Positions 1 to 7,931 of a DNA stretch of 46,632 nt are shown here, one piece after another (position 1 is the stretch's first letter; the number at the start of each line of letters is the position of its first letter). The position numbers and the translations under genes are program-made. Origin of the DNA: a bacterium (GTDB lineage Bacteria; Krumholzibacteriota; Krumholzibacteriia; LZORAL124-64-63); the NCBI GenBank assembly GCA_031441465.1, contig JANOEP010000012.1, positions 1 to 46,632 of the forward strand, read 5' to 3'. The notes under the pieces are model-generated. The model made no database searches. It was given only the letters and a program-made list of their open reading frames with translations, and was not told the DNA's origin.

Positions 1-1
1 C

Positions 2-175
2 TTGGCGGCGGCCGCCGCGGCCCTGCGCGGCGCGGGCTGGCACGTCGCCTGGGCGGCGGCGGCGGGGGCGGCTCCCGCGGCCCCCGGCGCGGTGCTCTTG
101 ACACTCCCGGACTCGGCTTCTACCATCCCTGCCGCACGGGCGGACGGCGACGGCACAACGGAAGGCGGACGATGA
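2..175 (+). CDS. 3' end of an upstream gene, possibly ComF/phosphoribosyltransferase family (partial)
   Basis: Frame from base 2 reads LAAAAAALRGAGWHVAWAAA... to TGA at 173-175, overlapping the pgk ATG (ATGA). Resembles the ComF C-terminal helix-strand that follows TTGAT; the diagnostic part is outside the window. Confidence 0.35.
   Translation: MAAAAAALRGAGWHVAWAAAAGAAPAAPGAVLLTLPDSASTIPAARADGDGTTEGGR
98..126 (+). promoter_or_regulatory. sigma70-type promoter for pgk
   Basis: TTGACA (98-103), 17-bp spacer, TACCAT (121-126). Confidence 0.7.
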
Positions 176-1371
176 TGCGCAAGATGGGATTGCAGGACCT
201 CGACCTGGCCGGCAAGCGGGTTCTGATGCGGGTCGATTTCAACGTGCCTCTGGACAAGGACGGTGCGATCGCCGACGACACCCGCATCCGCGCTTCGCTG
301 CCTTCGATCCGCCGCGTCCTGGACGCCGGCGCGCATCTGGTGCTGATGAGTCACCTCGGACGCCCCAAGGGCAAAGTCGTGCCCGAGATGTCGCTGCGCC
401 CGGTGGCGGACCGCCTCGCCGAGATCCTGCCGTCGCCCGTCCTGTTCGCCGACGACACCGTGGGCGAGTCGGCGCGGGCCAAGGCGTCCCGCCTGAAGCC
501 CGGCGAGACGCTGCTGCTGGAGAACCTGCGCTACGCCAAGGCCGAGACGGACAACGATCCCGACTTCTCCCGCGAGCTGGCCGCCTTCGGCGACGTCTAC
601 GTCAACGACGCGTTCGGCACCGCGCACCGCGCCCACGCCTCGACCGTCGGGGTGACCGCGTACCTCAAGCCGGCCTGCGCCGGCCTGCTGATGGAGACCG
701 AGCTGCACAACCTGGGCCTGCTGCTGCAGAACCCGCCCCGGCCGTTCACGGCCATCCTCGGCGGCGCCAAGGTTCAGGGCAAGGTCGAGGTCATCGAACA
801 CCTGCTGGACACCGTCGACACCCTGCTGCTGGGCGGCGGCATGATCTTCACGTTCCTCAAAGTCCACGGGATGAGCGTCGGCGACAGCCTGGTCGACCTC
901 GAGAGTCTGGCGGTGGCGGAGCGGATCCTCGCCAAGGCGGGGACCTCGCGCGCCAAGCTCGTGTTGCCCCAGGACGTCGTGATCGCCGACGACTTCAGCG
1001 GGGAGGCGGCCCGGCGCGAGGTGCTGGTGACCGACATCCCCGATGGCTGGCAGGGTCTGGATATCGGGCCACGGACGATCATCCGCTTCCGCGACACCAT
1101 CGACGCGAGCCGCGCCGTCTTCTGGAACGGACCGCTGGGCGTGTTCGAGATCCCGTCCTTCGCCGTCGGCACCCGGGCGATCGGCGAGGCCGTGGCTGCG
1201 GCCACGGGCCGGGGCGCCCACACGGTGGTCGGGGGAGGGGACTCGGTGGCGGCGGTCAACCAGCTGGGTCTCGCCGACCGGATCACCCACATCTCGACCG
1301 GCGGCGGCGCTTCGCTGGAGTTCATGGCCGGCTGCCGGTTGCCCGGCGTGGAGGCGCTCACCGCCGTTTGA
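172..1371 (+). CDS. pgk: phosphoglycerate kinase
   Basis: RVDFNVP, SHLGRP, LLENLR, NDAFGTAHRAHAS, GGAKV, WNGPLGVFE, GGGDS and HISTGGGASLE motifs. Confidence 0.98.
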   Translation: MMRKMGLQDLDLAGKRVLMRVDFNVPLDKDGAIADDTRIRASLPSIRRVLDAGAHLVLMSHLGRPKGKVVPEMSLRPVADRLAEILPSPVLFADDTVGESARAKASRLKPGETLLLENLRYAKAETDNDPDFSRELAAFGDVYVNDAFGTAHRAHASTVGVTAYLKPACAGLLMETELHNLGLLLQNPPRPFTAILGGAKVQGKVEVIEHLLDTVDTLLLGGGMIFTFLKVHGMSVGDSLVDLESLAVAERILAKAGTSRAKLVLPQDVVIADDFSGEAARREVLVTDIPDGWQGLDIGPRTIIRFRDTIDASRAVFWNGPLGVFEIPSFAVGTRAIGEAVAAATGRGAHTVVGGGDSVAAVNQLGLADRITHISTGGGASLEFMAGCRLPGVEALTAV

Positions 1372-1385
1372 ACCCGCCCGCCGGG

Positions 1386-1414
1386 TTGACATCCGTCGGA
1401 AGGGATGCTAATTT
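1386..1414 (+). promoter_or_regulatory. sigma70-type promoter for secG-tRNA-Leu
   Basis: TTGACA (1386-1391), 17-bp spacer, extended -10 TGcTAATTT (1406-1414). Confidence 0.7.
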
Positions 1415-1477
1415 TCAAGGAGCCGCCGGCGGTCCGGTGGCATTTCTTTGCTCGCCACGACCCGCGGGAGAAACGAC

Positions 1478-1801
1478 ATGTACGCCTTCTTCATGGTACT
1501 GCACGTGATCGTCAGCTTGCTGCTCTGCATCGTGGTCCTGCTGCAGTCGGGCAAGAGCGGCGGCCTGGCCGGCGCCTTCGGCGGCGGCGGCGGCCTGCCC
1601 CAGCAGATGTTCGGTTCGCGCGCGATGGCCACGGCGCTGAACAAGATGACGGTCTACCTCGCCGCTGGCTTTTTCCTGACTTCGGCGGTGCTCTTCGGCT
1701 TGACGGCCGACCGCACCGCGAGGCGTCCCGGCGGCGCCGCGGTCAGCGAACAGACGAGCGAACCCGTCGGCGGTGGCGCCCCCATCACCGACGGACAGTG
1801 A
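1478..1801 (+). CDS. secG: preprotein translocase subunit SecG
   Basis: GGAG RBS before ATG 1478; two TM helices flanking VLLQSGKSGGLAGAFGG; followed by tRNA-Leu(GAG) as is typical. Confidence 0.95.
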   Translation: MYAFFMVLHVIVSLLLCIVVLLQSGKSGGLAGAFGGGGGLPQQMFGSRAMATALNKMTVYLAAGFFLTSAVLFGLTADRTARRPGGAAVSEQTSEPVGGGAPITDGQ

Positions 1802-1818
1802 GCCTCTCGTCGCGCATC

Positions 1819-1904
1819 GCTCGGGTGGTGAAATTGGTAGACACGCTATCTTGAGGGGGTAGTGGCCACAAGCCGTGCGGGTTCGAGTCCCGCCCCGAGC
1901 ACCA
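1819..1904 (+). tRNA. tRNA-Leu(GAG)
   Basis: Acceptor GCTCGGG/CCCGAGC-A-CCA, D-loop GAAATTGGTAGAC, anticodon loop TT-GAG-GG, long variable arm, GGTTCGAGT T-loop. Confidence 0.97.
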
Positions 1905-1910
1905 GCTTCT

Positions 1911-1944
1911 TGGAGGATCGACTTCGTCGGTCCTCCATTTTTTT
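1911..1944 (+). terminator. intrinsic terminator after tRNA-Leu
   Basis: TGGAGGATCGAC-TTC-GTCGGTCCTCCA hairpin followed by T7. Confidence 0.9.
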
Positions 1945-1946
1945 CG

Positions 1947-1976
1947 TTGACAGTAGTTTTTAGCCATCTCAATAAT
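1947..1976 (+). promoter_or_regulatory. probable sigma70 promoter for the H1-like gene
   Basis: TTGACA (1947-1952), AT-rich 18-bp spacer, AATAAT (1971-1976). Confidence 0.55.
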
Positions 1977-2166
1977 GTGCCTGACTGGTTCACGAATTGT
2001 CCACGACGTCGACCACGGGACCGGAACCGGACGACGACATCGCAAGGTGAAGGGGACGGGGACGGTCAAGTGATGGGTGACGTGGACGGAGCCAGGTCGG
2101 ACAATTCGTAGGTCGCTTCAGGGTGCGCCTGGCGACCAAGGGATGGATCAGCAAGCGAGGTCAGTT

Positions 2167-2478
2167 ATGGAGGAGAGTCTGAAGCTGGCGGCCGCGACCA
2201 AGAAGAAGGCGGCCAAGAAGAAGGTCGCGAAGAAGAAGGTCGCCAAGAAGGTCGCGAAGAAGAAGGTCGCGAAGAAGGTGGCCCAGAAGAAGGTCGCCAA
2301 GAATAAGGTCGCGAAGAAGAAGGTGGCCAAGAAGAAGGTCGCCAAGAAGAAGGTGGCCAAGAAGAAGGTCGCCAAGAAGAAGGTCGCGAAGAAGAAGGTC
2401 GCGAAGAAGAAGGTCGCCAAGAAGAAGGTCGCCAAGAAGGCGGCCCCCAAGAAGACGACCGCGAAGCCGACCATGTAG
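2167..2478 (+). CDS. histone H1-like (Hc2/BpH1-type) Lys/Ala/Val-rich nucleoid protein
   Basis: About 16 tandem KKKVA-type units ending [14 protein letters not shown]. Start uncertain: ATG 2167, or CTG 2185 downstream of GGAGGAG. Has its own promoter and terminator. Confidence 0.8.
   Translation: MEESLKLAAATKKKAAKKKVAKKKVAKKVAKKKVAKKVAQKKVAKNKVAKKKVAKKKVAKKKVAKKKVAKKKVAKKKVAKKKVAKKKVAKKAAPKKTTAKPTM
2200..2445 (+). repeat. coding tandem repeat, 15-bp unit AAGAAGAAGGTSGCS (KKKVA)
   Basis: Directly visible; variation mostly at third codon positions, plus two 12-bp units and [10 protein letters not shown] variants. Confidence 0.95.
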
Positions 2479-2511
2479 CGGATGCCCTGGCGCAACTGCG
2501 CTGGGGAAGAG

Positions 2512-2549
2512 AAGGACCGCCGCACCCTCGGGTGCGGCGGTCCTTATTT
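2512..2549. terminator. terminator hairpin between convergent genes (likely bidirectional)
   Basis: AAGGACCGCCGCACC-CTCG-GGTGCGGCGGTCCTT perfect 15-bp stem, then ATTT. Confidence 0.85.
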
Positions 2550-2606
2550 CGGGTGGTTTCCGGTTTCAACCCGTTGTCCGGGCGCGGGTTGCCGGAATGG
2601 CGCCGG

Positions 2607-3452
2607 TCAGTGGACGGGCTTCACGTCGAAGAGCCAGGTCACGCCGATGCTGCCGACGAACATGGTCACCTGCTGGGCGTAGGAGACCTCCTCGGTCGCG
2701 AACGAGAAGGTGGTCGCGGTGCCTCGCACGTCGATGCGCAGGTTGTCGCTGAGCGGCAGGAGCAGGCCGCTGAAGAGCTGGAAGTAGAGGGCGGTCTTGT
2801 CCTCGAGCGTCGTGAAGCGGTTGATGACGCCGCCGAAGCCGGTGCCGAACTGGGGAGTGAGCCCGAACATACGGATGGCGCTGGCGTCGTAGACCAGGTT
2901 GGCGCCGCCGGTGAACGAGCGGAAGTCCTCGTCGCGGAAGCCGCCGTCGATGCCCTGGCTCGAGTACAGCTCGTCCGTCCAACCCTGCAACTCGTCGGCT
3001 TCGACCCGTCCGGCGATCTCGCCGTCCTCGTAGCGCAGCAGGGAGAGTTCCGCCTTGCTCTTGGCGTAGGATCCGTAGAGGTCGAGGTGGAAGTCCTCGG
3101 AGATGTAGAACCCGAGCCGCAGGTTGAGCGCCTCGCCGGGCATGACCTTCTTGATGGGGGCGTCGAGGCAGTTCGGCCGGCGCTGGATGCCGAGGTCGAG
3201 TTCCTGGCCGTTGAACAGCGTCACGGTGTTGGAGCCGGGCGCGACCTGGGCCCGCAGGTCGATGGTCGGCAGCTCGAAGAAGGTGGTGCCGGAATAGTAA
3301 CCGCCCCCGACCGAGATCGCGATCTTCTTGATGGCGCTCTTGGGTTCCGGCGCCGCGGCGGCCGTCGTGTCCGCGTCCGCCTGGGCGGCGGCCGCAAGGG
3401 GGGCGAGGACGAAGAGGAATCCCGTCAGCAGCCACTTCGGAAACGATCTCAT
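2607..3452 (-). CDS. secreted protein, probable outer-membrane beta-barrel
   Basis: Signal peptide MRSFPKWLLTGFLFVLAPLAAAAQA; alternating amphipathic strands (LNLRLGFYI, FHLDLYGSY, FTGGANLVY, LRIDVRG, FVGSIGVTWLF); strong GC3 bias. Confidence 0.65.
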   Translation of the reverse strand: MRSFPKWLLTGFLFVLAPLAAAAQADADTTAAAAPEPKSAIKKIAISVGGGYYSGTTFFELPTIDLRAQVAPGSNTVTLFNGQELDLGIQRRPNCLDAPIKKVMPGEALNLRLGFYISEDFHLDLYGSYAKSKAELSLLRYEDGEIAGRVEADELQGWTDELYSSQGIDGGFRDEDFRSFTGGANLVYDASAIRMFGLTPQFGTGFGGVINRFTTLEDKTALYFQLFSGLLLPLSDNLRIDVRGTATTFSFATEEVSYAQQVTMFVGSIGVTWLFDVKPVH

Positions 3453-3671
3453 GCCACACCTCGACGTTCAGGCAGAAGGCATCCGCTCGGGCCGGTCCCG
3501 TCCGCGGGCGCCGCCGGGTGCCCGTGATCGGGGGTGTTCCGCAAACACGCACGGCGGCCCTCGCACGGCCGTCGCAGCGGGTCAACGGTAATCCACCCGA
3601 ACGCCGGCGGCAAGGTCTTTCGCGCCCCTGAACATAGGGGAAACTCCCTGTCAGGACAAGAGGTGGCGGGA

Positions 3672-3700
3672 TTGACACACCTGTGAGCGGCGGTTATCAT
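3672..3700 (+). promoter_or_regulatory. sigma70 promoter for the EF-G2/yebC/ruv cluster
   Basis: TTGACA (3672-3677), 17 bp, TATCAT (3695-3700). Confidence 0.8.
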
Positions 3701-3802
3701 TCGCCTTTGCTGCCATCCTGAGCGTCCGCTGGAAGTTCCGGTTCCGGCCCGCGATCGGGGCCGCCGCTATCGCTGTCTCACCGCCTGGACGGGAGGATCA
3801 CG

Positions 3803-5884
3803 TTGAAGACCTTCGCCACGGACAAGATCCGCAACATCGCTCTCGTCGCCCCCCACGGTGTGGGCAAGACGAGCTTGGCCGACGCCATGCTGCACGTGAC
3901 CGGCAGGGTCGGGCGCCGTGGCAGCGTCGACGATAAATCATCCGTGTTCGACTACACGGACGAGGAGCTGGACAAGAAGCAGACGATGACCGCCAGCATG
4001 GCCTGGACCGAGGTCGGCGGCGTCAAGATCAACATCATCGACACGCCGGGCGTGGCCGACTTCCGCTGCGACATGTACGGAGCGCTCGAGGTCGTCGAGG
4101 GCGTGCTGTTCGGCGTGAAGGCCGACGGCGGCCTCGAGGTGTCCAGCGACGCCCTCTGGCGCATGCTGCGGGCGCGCGAGACGCCGATGTTCCTGGTCGT
4201 GACCCGCATGAACAAGGAGCACGCCGATTTCCAGAAGGCGATGAAGGAATTCGCCGACCACCTCGACGGGACGGTCGTCGCCGCCCAGTTGCCCATCGGG
4301 GAGGGCGAAGCCTTCCGGGGCGTCGTCGACCTGGTCGCCAACAAGGCCTACACCTACACCGACGGCAAGGCCCAGGCGATCGCGATCCCCGCCGATCTGG
4401 CCGACGAGGCCGCGATCGCGCGCGAGGAACTGATGAACGCCGCCGCCGAGACCGACGAGACCCTCATCGAGAAGTTCCTCGAGACGGGCACCCTGTCGGA
4501 CGAGGACCTGATCCGCGGCCTGTCCGCGGGCATCGCCTCGGGCAAGGTCTTTCCGGTCTACGTGACGGCGGCCGACAGCGAGGTCGGCGTCGTCACGCTG
4601 CTCGAGGCCGTCGCCCAGCTGATGCCGAGCCCGGCCGCGCGGACCGAACTGACCGGCCGGCGCCCTGGCACCACGGAGGCGCGGAGCGTCGCGATCGGCC
4701 CGGACAAGCCGACGATCGCCTACGCCTTCAAGTACCAGCGCGAGGCCCAGGGCGGCGACCAGACCTGGCTGCGCGTCTGGAGCGGCAACCTGTCCTCCAG
4801 CGACAACCTGACCACGTACGCCGGCGACAGCGAGCGCATCGGCCAGCTGAGCTTCGCCCTGGGCAAGGGCCGCGAGAAGGTGGAAAGCGTGCCCGCCGGC
4901 GACATCGTGCTCGCCGCCAAGCTCAAGCACAGCCGGATCGGCACGACGCTCTGCGCCCCGGGCGTCGAGATCCAGCTGCCGCCCCCGGCCCTGCCGGCGC
5001 CCACCAGCGCCGAGGCCATCACCTCGGCCAACGCCGGCGACGAAGACAAGATGGGCGTCGGCCTGAACAAGCTCATGGAAGAGGACCCGTCGTTCCAGGT
5101 CCGTCACGAGGGCGAACTGAGCCAGACCCTGATGGTGGGTCAGGGCGAGATGCACCTCGCGGTCATCCTCGACCGCCTCCGGAAGCAGTTCGGCGTCGAG
5201 GTCGTGCGCAAGCGGCCCAAGGTCGCCTTCAAGGAGACGATCAAGGGCACCACCGAGATCCAGGGCCGCTACAAGAAGCAGACCGGCGGCCGCGGCCAGT
5301 TCGGCGACGTCCACCTGCGCCTCGAGCCGCTGCCGCGCGGCGAGAGCTTCGAATTCGTGGACGGGATCGTCGGCGGCGTGGTCCCCGGCAAGTTCATCCC
5401 CGCGGTCGAGAAGGGCGTGCGGGAGACCATGAAGCGCGGCGTCATGGCCGGCTACGAGATGGTAGACATGCGCGTCACGCTCTTCTTCGGCTCCTACCAC
5501 AACGTGGACTCCAGCGAGAACAGCTTCAAGGCGGCGGCCCGCATCGCCCTGCAGAAGGGCGTGCCCGACGCGAAACCGGCCCTGCTCGAGCCGGTCATGC
5601 AGGTCACCATCCGCGTGCCGGAGTCGTACCTGGGCGACATCATGGGCGACATCTCGTCGCGCCGCGGTCAGCCGCAGGGCATGGAGGCCGAAGGCCCCAT
5701 CCAGGTCATCAAGGCCATGGTCCCCCAGGACGAGATGTACCAGTATTCGACCTCGCTGCGCGCGATGACCCAGGGCACCGGCGAGTTCGCGATGACGTTC
5801 AGCCATTACGCCGAGGTGCCGGGCGACGTGGCCCGCCAGCTGATGGACGCGTACCAGAAGAGCCGCACCGAGGACGCCGACTAG
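3803..5884 (+). CDS. fusA2: elongation factor G paralog (EF-G2 / EF-G-like)
   Basis: IRNIALV..GKTS, IDTPG, EEDPSF, GQGEMHL, KKQTGGRGQFGDV, GSYHNVDSSE and LLEPVM motifs; TTG start after GGAGG; outside the str operon; divergent G motifs. Confidence 0.92.
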   Translation: MKTFATDKIRNIALVAPHGVGKTSLADAMLHVTGRVGRRGSVDDKSSVFDYTDEELDKKQTMTASMAWTEVGGVKINIIDTPGVADFRCDMYGALEVVEGVLFGVKADGGLEVSSDALWRMLRARETPMFLVVTRMNKEHADFQKAMKEFADHLDGTVVAAQLPIGEGEAFRGVVDLVANKAYTYTDGKAQAIAIPADLADEAAIAREELMNAAAETDETLIEKFLETGTLSDEDLIRGLSAGIASGKVFPVYVTAADSEVGVVTLLEAVAQLMPSPAARTELTGRRPGTTEARSVAIGPDKPTIAYAFKYQREAQGGDQTWLRVWSGNLSSSDNLTTYAGDSERIGQLSFALGKGREKVESVPAGDIVLAAKLKHSRIGTTLCAPGVEIQLPPPALPAPTSAEAITSANAGDEDKMGVGLNKLMEEDPSFQVRHEGELSQTLMVGQGEMHLAVILDRLRKQFGVEVVRKRPKVAFKETIKGTTEIQGRYKKQTGGRGQFGDVHLRLEPLPRGESFEFVDGIVGGVVPGKFIPAVEKGVRETMKRGVMAGYEMVDMRVTLFFGSYHNVDSSENSFKAAARIALQKGVPDAKPALLEPVMQVTIRVPESYLGDIMGDISSRRGQPQGMEAEGPIQVIKAMVPQDEMYQYSTSLRAMTQGTGEFAMTFSHYAEVPGDVARQLMDAYQKSRTEDAD

Positions 5885-5953
5885 GCGGGACGACGACGAG
5901 AAACAACGCCGACCAGGTTTTCGCGGCGCGCCCGCGAACAAGGAGCGTGGCAG

Positions 5954-6709
5954 ATGTCCGGGCACTCCAAGTGGAGCACGATCAAGCGCAAGAAGGGCGC
6001 CAAGGACGCGGCCCGCAGCAAGATCTGGTCGCGCCTCGCGCGCGAGGTCATCGTCGCGGCCCGCCAGGGGGGGAGCGACGTCGAGGGGAACGCCCGGCTG
6101 CGCAGCGCGGTCCTGGCCGCCAAGGCGCAGAACATGCCCAACCTCAACATCGAACGCGCGATCAAGCGCGGCACCGGCGAGATCGAGGGAGCCGTCTACG
6201 AGGAGCTGAGCTTCGAGGGTTACGGTCCGGGGGGCGTGGCCGTCCTGGTCGAGACGCAGACCGACAACCGCAACCGGACGACCTCGGAGATCCGCCACGT
6301 GTTCACCCGGTACAACGGCAACCTCGGCACCAACGGCTGCGTGTCCTACCTGTTCGAGCGCAAGGGGGCGATCAGCCTCGATCCCGCCCGCGTCGACCTC
6401 GACACCGTCATGGAGGCGGCCATCGAGGCCGGCGCCGAGGACGTGTCGGCCGAGGGCGGCGGCCTCGTGGTCACGACCGCGTTCGCCGACTTCAACCAGG
6501 TCCTGTTGGCGCTCCAGGAAAAGGGCCTGCCGGTGATCGAGTCGGAGATCGTCCAGGAAGCGACCACCTCGACCCACGTCACCGGCAAGGACGCCGAGAC
6601 GCTCATGAAACTGATCGAGGCCATGGACGACCTCGACGACGTGTCGCGGGTGTCATCCAACTTCGCCATCGACGACGACGAGATGGCCTCCATCATGGAG
6701 AACCTCTAG
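5954..6709 (+). CDS. yebC: YebC/PmpR family protein
   Basis: MSGHSKWSTIKRKKG, EGYGPGGVA, TDNRNRT, DDLDDV..V.SN. Confidence 0.97.
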   Translation: MSGHSKWSTIKRKKGAKDAARSKIWSRLAREVIVAARQGGSDVEGNARLRSAVLAAKAQNMPNLNIERAIKRGTGEIEGAVYEELSFEGYGPGGVAVLVETQTDNRNRTTSEIRHVFTRYNGNLGTNGCVSYLFERKGAISLDPARVDLDTVMEAAIEAGAEDVSAEGGGLVVTTAFADFNQVLLALQEKGLPVIESEIVQEATTSTHVTGKDAETLMKLIEAMDDLDDVSRVSSNFAIDDDEMASIMENL

Positions 6710-6777
6710 CAGGATCCGGCGCCGCGGACGGGGGGCGGCCGCGGCGCCGCCCCCTTCGCGCGCCCGGCGGAGGCGTC

Positions 6778-7287
6778 GTGATCATCCTGGGCATCGACCC
6801 CGGCAGCAACGTCACGGGCTACGGCCTGATCGAGCAGGACGGCGGGCGGCTGCGCCTGCTGGACGCCGGCGCCATCCGCGCCGGCCGCGGCGACGCCCTG
6901 CCCGCGCGCCTGCGCCTGATCCACGACGCGCTGGCGGAGTTGCTGGCGCACGCGCAACCGGGCGAGGTGGCCATCGAGAGCGTCTTCGCCGCCCGCAACG
7001 CCCACAGCGCCCTGGTGCTGGGCCATGCCCGGGGCGTCGCCCTGCTCGCGGTGTCGTTGCGGGACATTCCCATTGTCGAATACGCCCCCCGCGAGGTAAA
7101 ACTCGCCCTGACCGGCCACGGCGCCGCCGGCAAGGAACAGGTGCGCTTCATGGTGCAGCGCCTGCTGACCCTGCCGCGGGCCCCCGCCTCGCTCGACGCG
7201 AGCGACGCCCTGGCGATCGCCATCTGCCACGCCCAGCGCCGTACGGCGCCACGGGAATTGCTGACGAGACGGGGAGGAGCCCGATGA
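6778..7287 (+). CDS. ruvC: Holliday junction resolvase RuvC
   Basis: GTG start after GGAGG; ILGIDPGS..TGYG, AIESVF, LGHARGV, EYAPREVK, DASDALAIAICH. Confidence 0.96.
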   Translation: MIILGIDPGSNVTGYGLIEQDGGRLRLLDAGAIRAGRGDALPARLRLIHDALAELLAHAQPGEVAIESVFAARNAHSALVLGHARGVALLAVSLRDIPIVEYAPREVKLALTGHGAAGKEQVRFMVQRLLTLPRAPASLDASDALAIAICHAQRRTAPRELLTRRGGAR

Positions 7288-7895
7288 TCGCCACCCTCGA
7301 GGGTCTGCTCGTGCGCCGCGGCCCCGACTGCCTGGTCGAGGTCGGCGGCCTGGGTCTGGCGGTCACGGTGCCGGCCGGTTGCGCGGCCGCGCTCCCGGCG
7401 GCCGGCGAGCAGGTCCGGCTCTGGACGCACCTCGCCGTGCGCGAGGACGCGTGGACCCTCTACGGTTTCCTGGACCCCGACGAACTCACGCTGTTTCGCC
7501 TGCTGATCTCGGTCACCGGCGTCGGCCCCAAGCTGGCCCTGGGCATCCTGTCCGGCGCGCCGGCGACGACCATCGCCCACGCCCTGCACACCGGCGACGA
7601 GAAGACGCTGGCGACCCTGCCCGGCATCGGGCGCAAGAGCGCGGCGCGCCTGGTGGTCGAACTCGGCTCGCGGGTGCCGCCCGCGCTGCTGGCGGCGGGA
7701 ACTCCGGCCGCGGCCGCGTCGCGGGACGGGGACCTCGTCCACCCGAACGAACCGGTGGCCCGCGATCTGCTCGGCGCCATGGGCTTGCCCGCGGCGCGCG
7801 CCGGCCAACTGCTGCGCGAAGCCCTGCGGGAGGACGCGGCGCTGGGTGAGGATCCGGTCGCCTGGGTGCGGGCCGCGCTGCGCCGACTGGGCTGA
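7284..7895 (+). CDS. ruvA: Holliday junction branch migration protein RuvA
   Basis: MIATLEG, HLAVREDAWTLYGF, SVTGVGPKLA and PGIGRKSAARLVVEL HhH motifs. Confidence 0.96.
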   Translation: MIATLEGLLVRRGPDCLVEVGGLGLAVTVPAGCAAALPAAGEQVRLWTHLAVREDAWTLYGFLDPDELTLFRLLISVTGVGPKLALGILSGAPATTIAHALHTGDEKTLATLPGIGRKSAARLVVELGSRVPPALLAAGTPAAAASRDGDLVHPNEPVARDLLGAMGLPAARAGQLLREALREDAALGEDPVAWVRAALRRLG

Positions 7896-7931
7896 CCGGC
7901 AACGTCCGGGTGATCGCAAGGAAGGCTGAAC

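Noticed and set aside
2200..2445. Tandem repeat as a possible CRISPR array
   Set aside because: 15-bp units with no unique spacers, codon-structured variation and no cas genes. No CRISPR array is seen anywhere in the window.
2148..2525. Antisense FFAT-repeat hydrophobic ORF
   Set aside because: Mirror of the KKKVA repeat; promoter, SD and terminator orientation favour the plus-strand gene.
1819..3452. tRNA-Leu as an integration site for an island
   Set aside because: No integrase and no duplicated tRNA 3' end seen; downstream genes have host-like composition.
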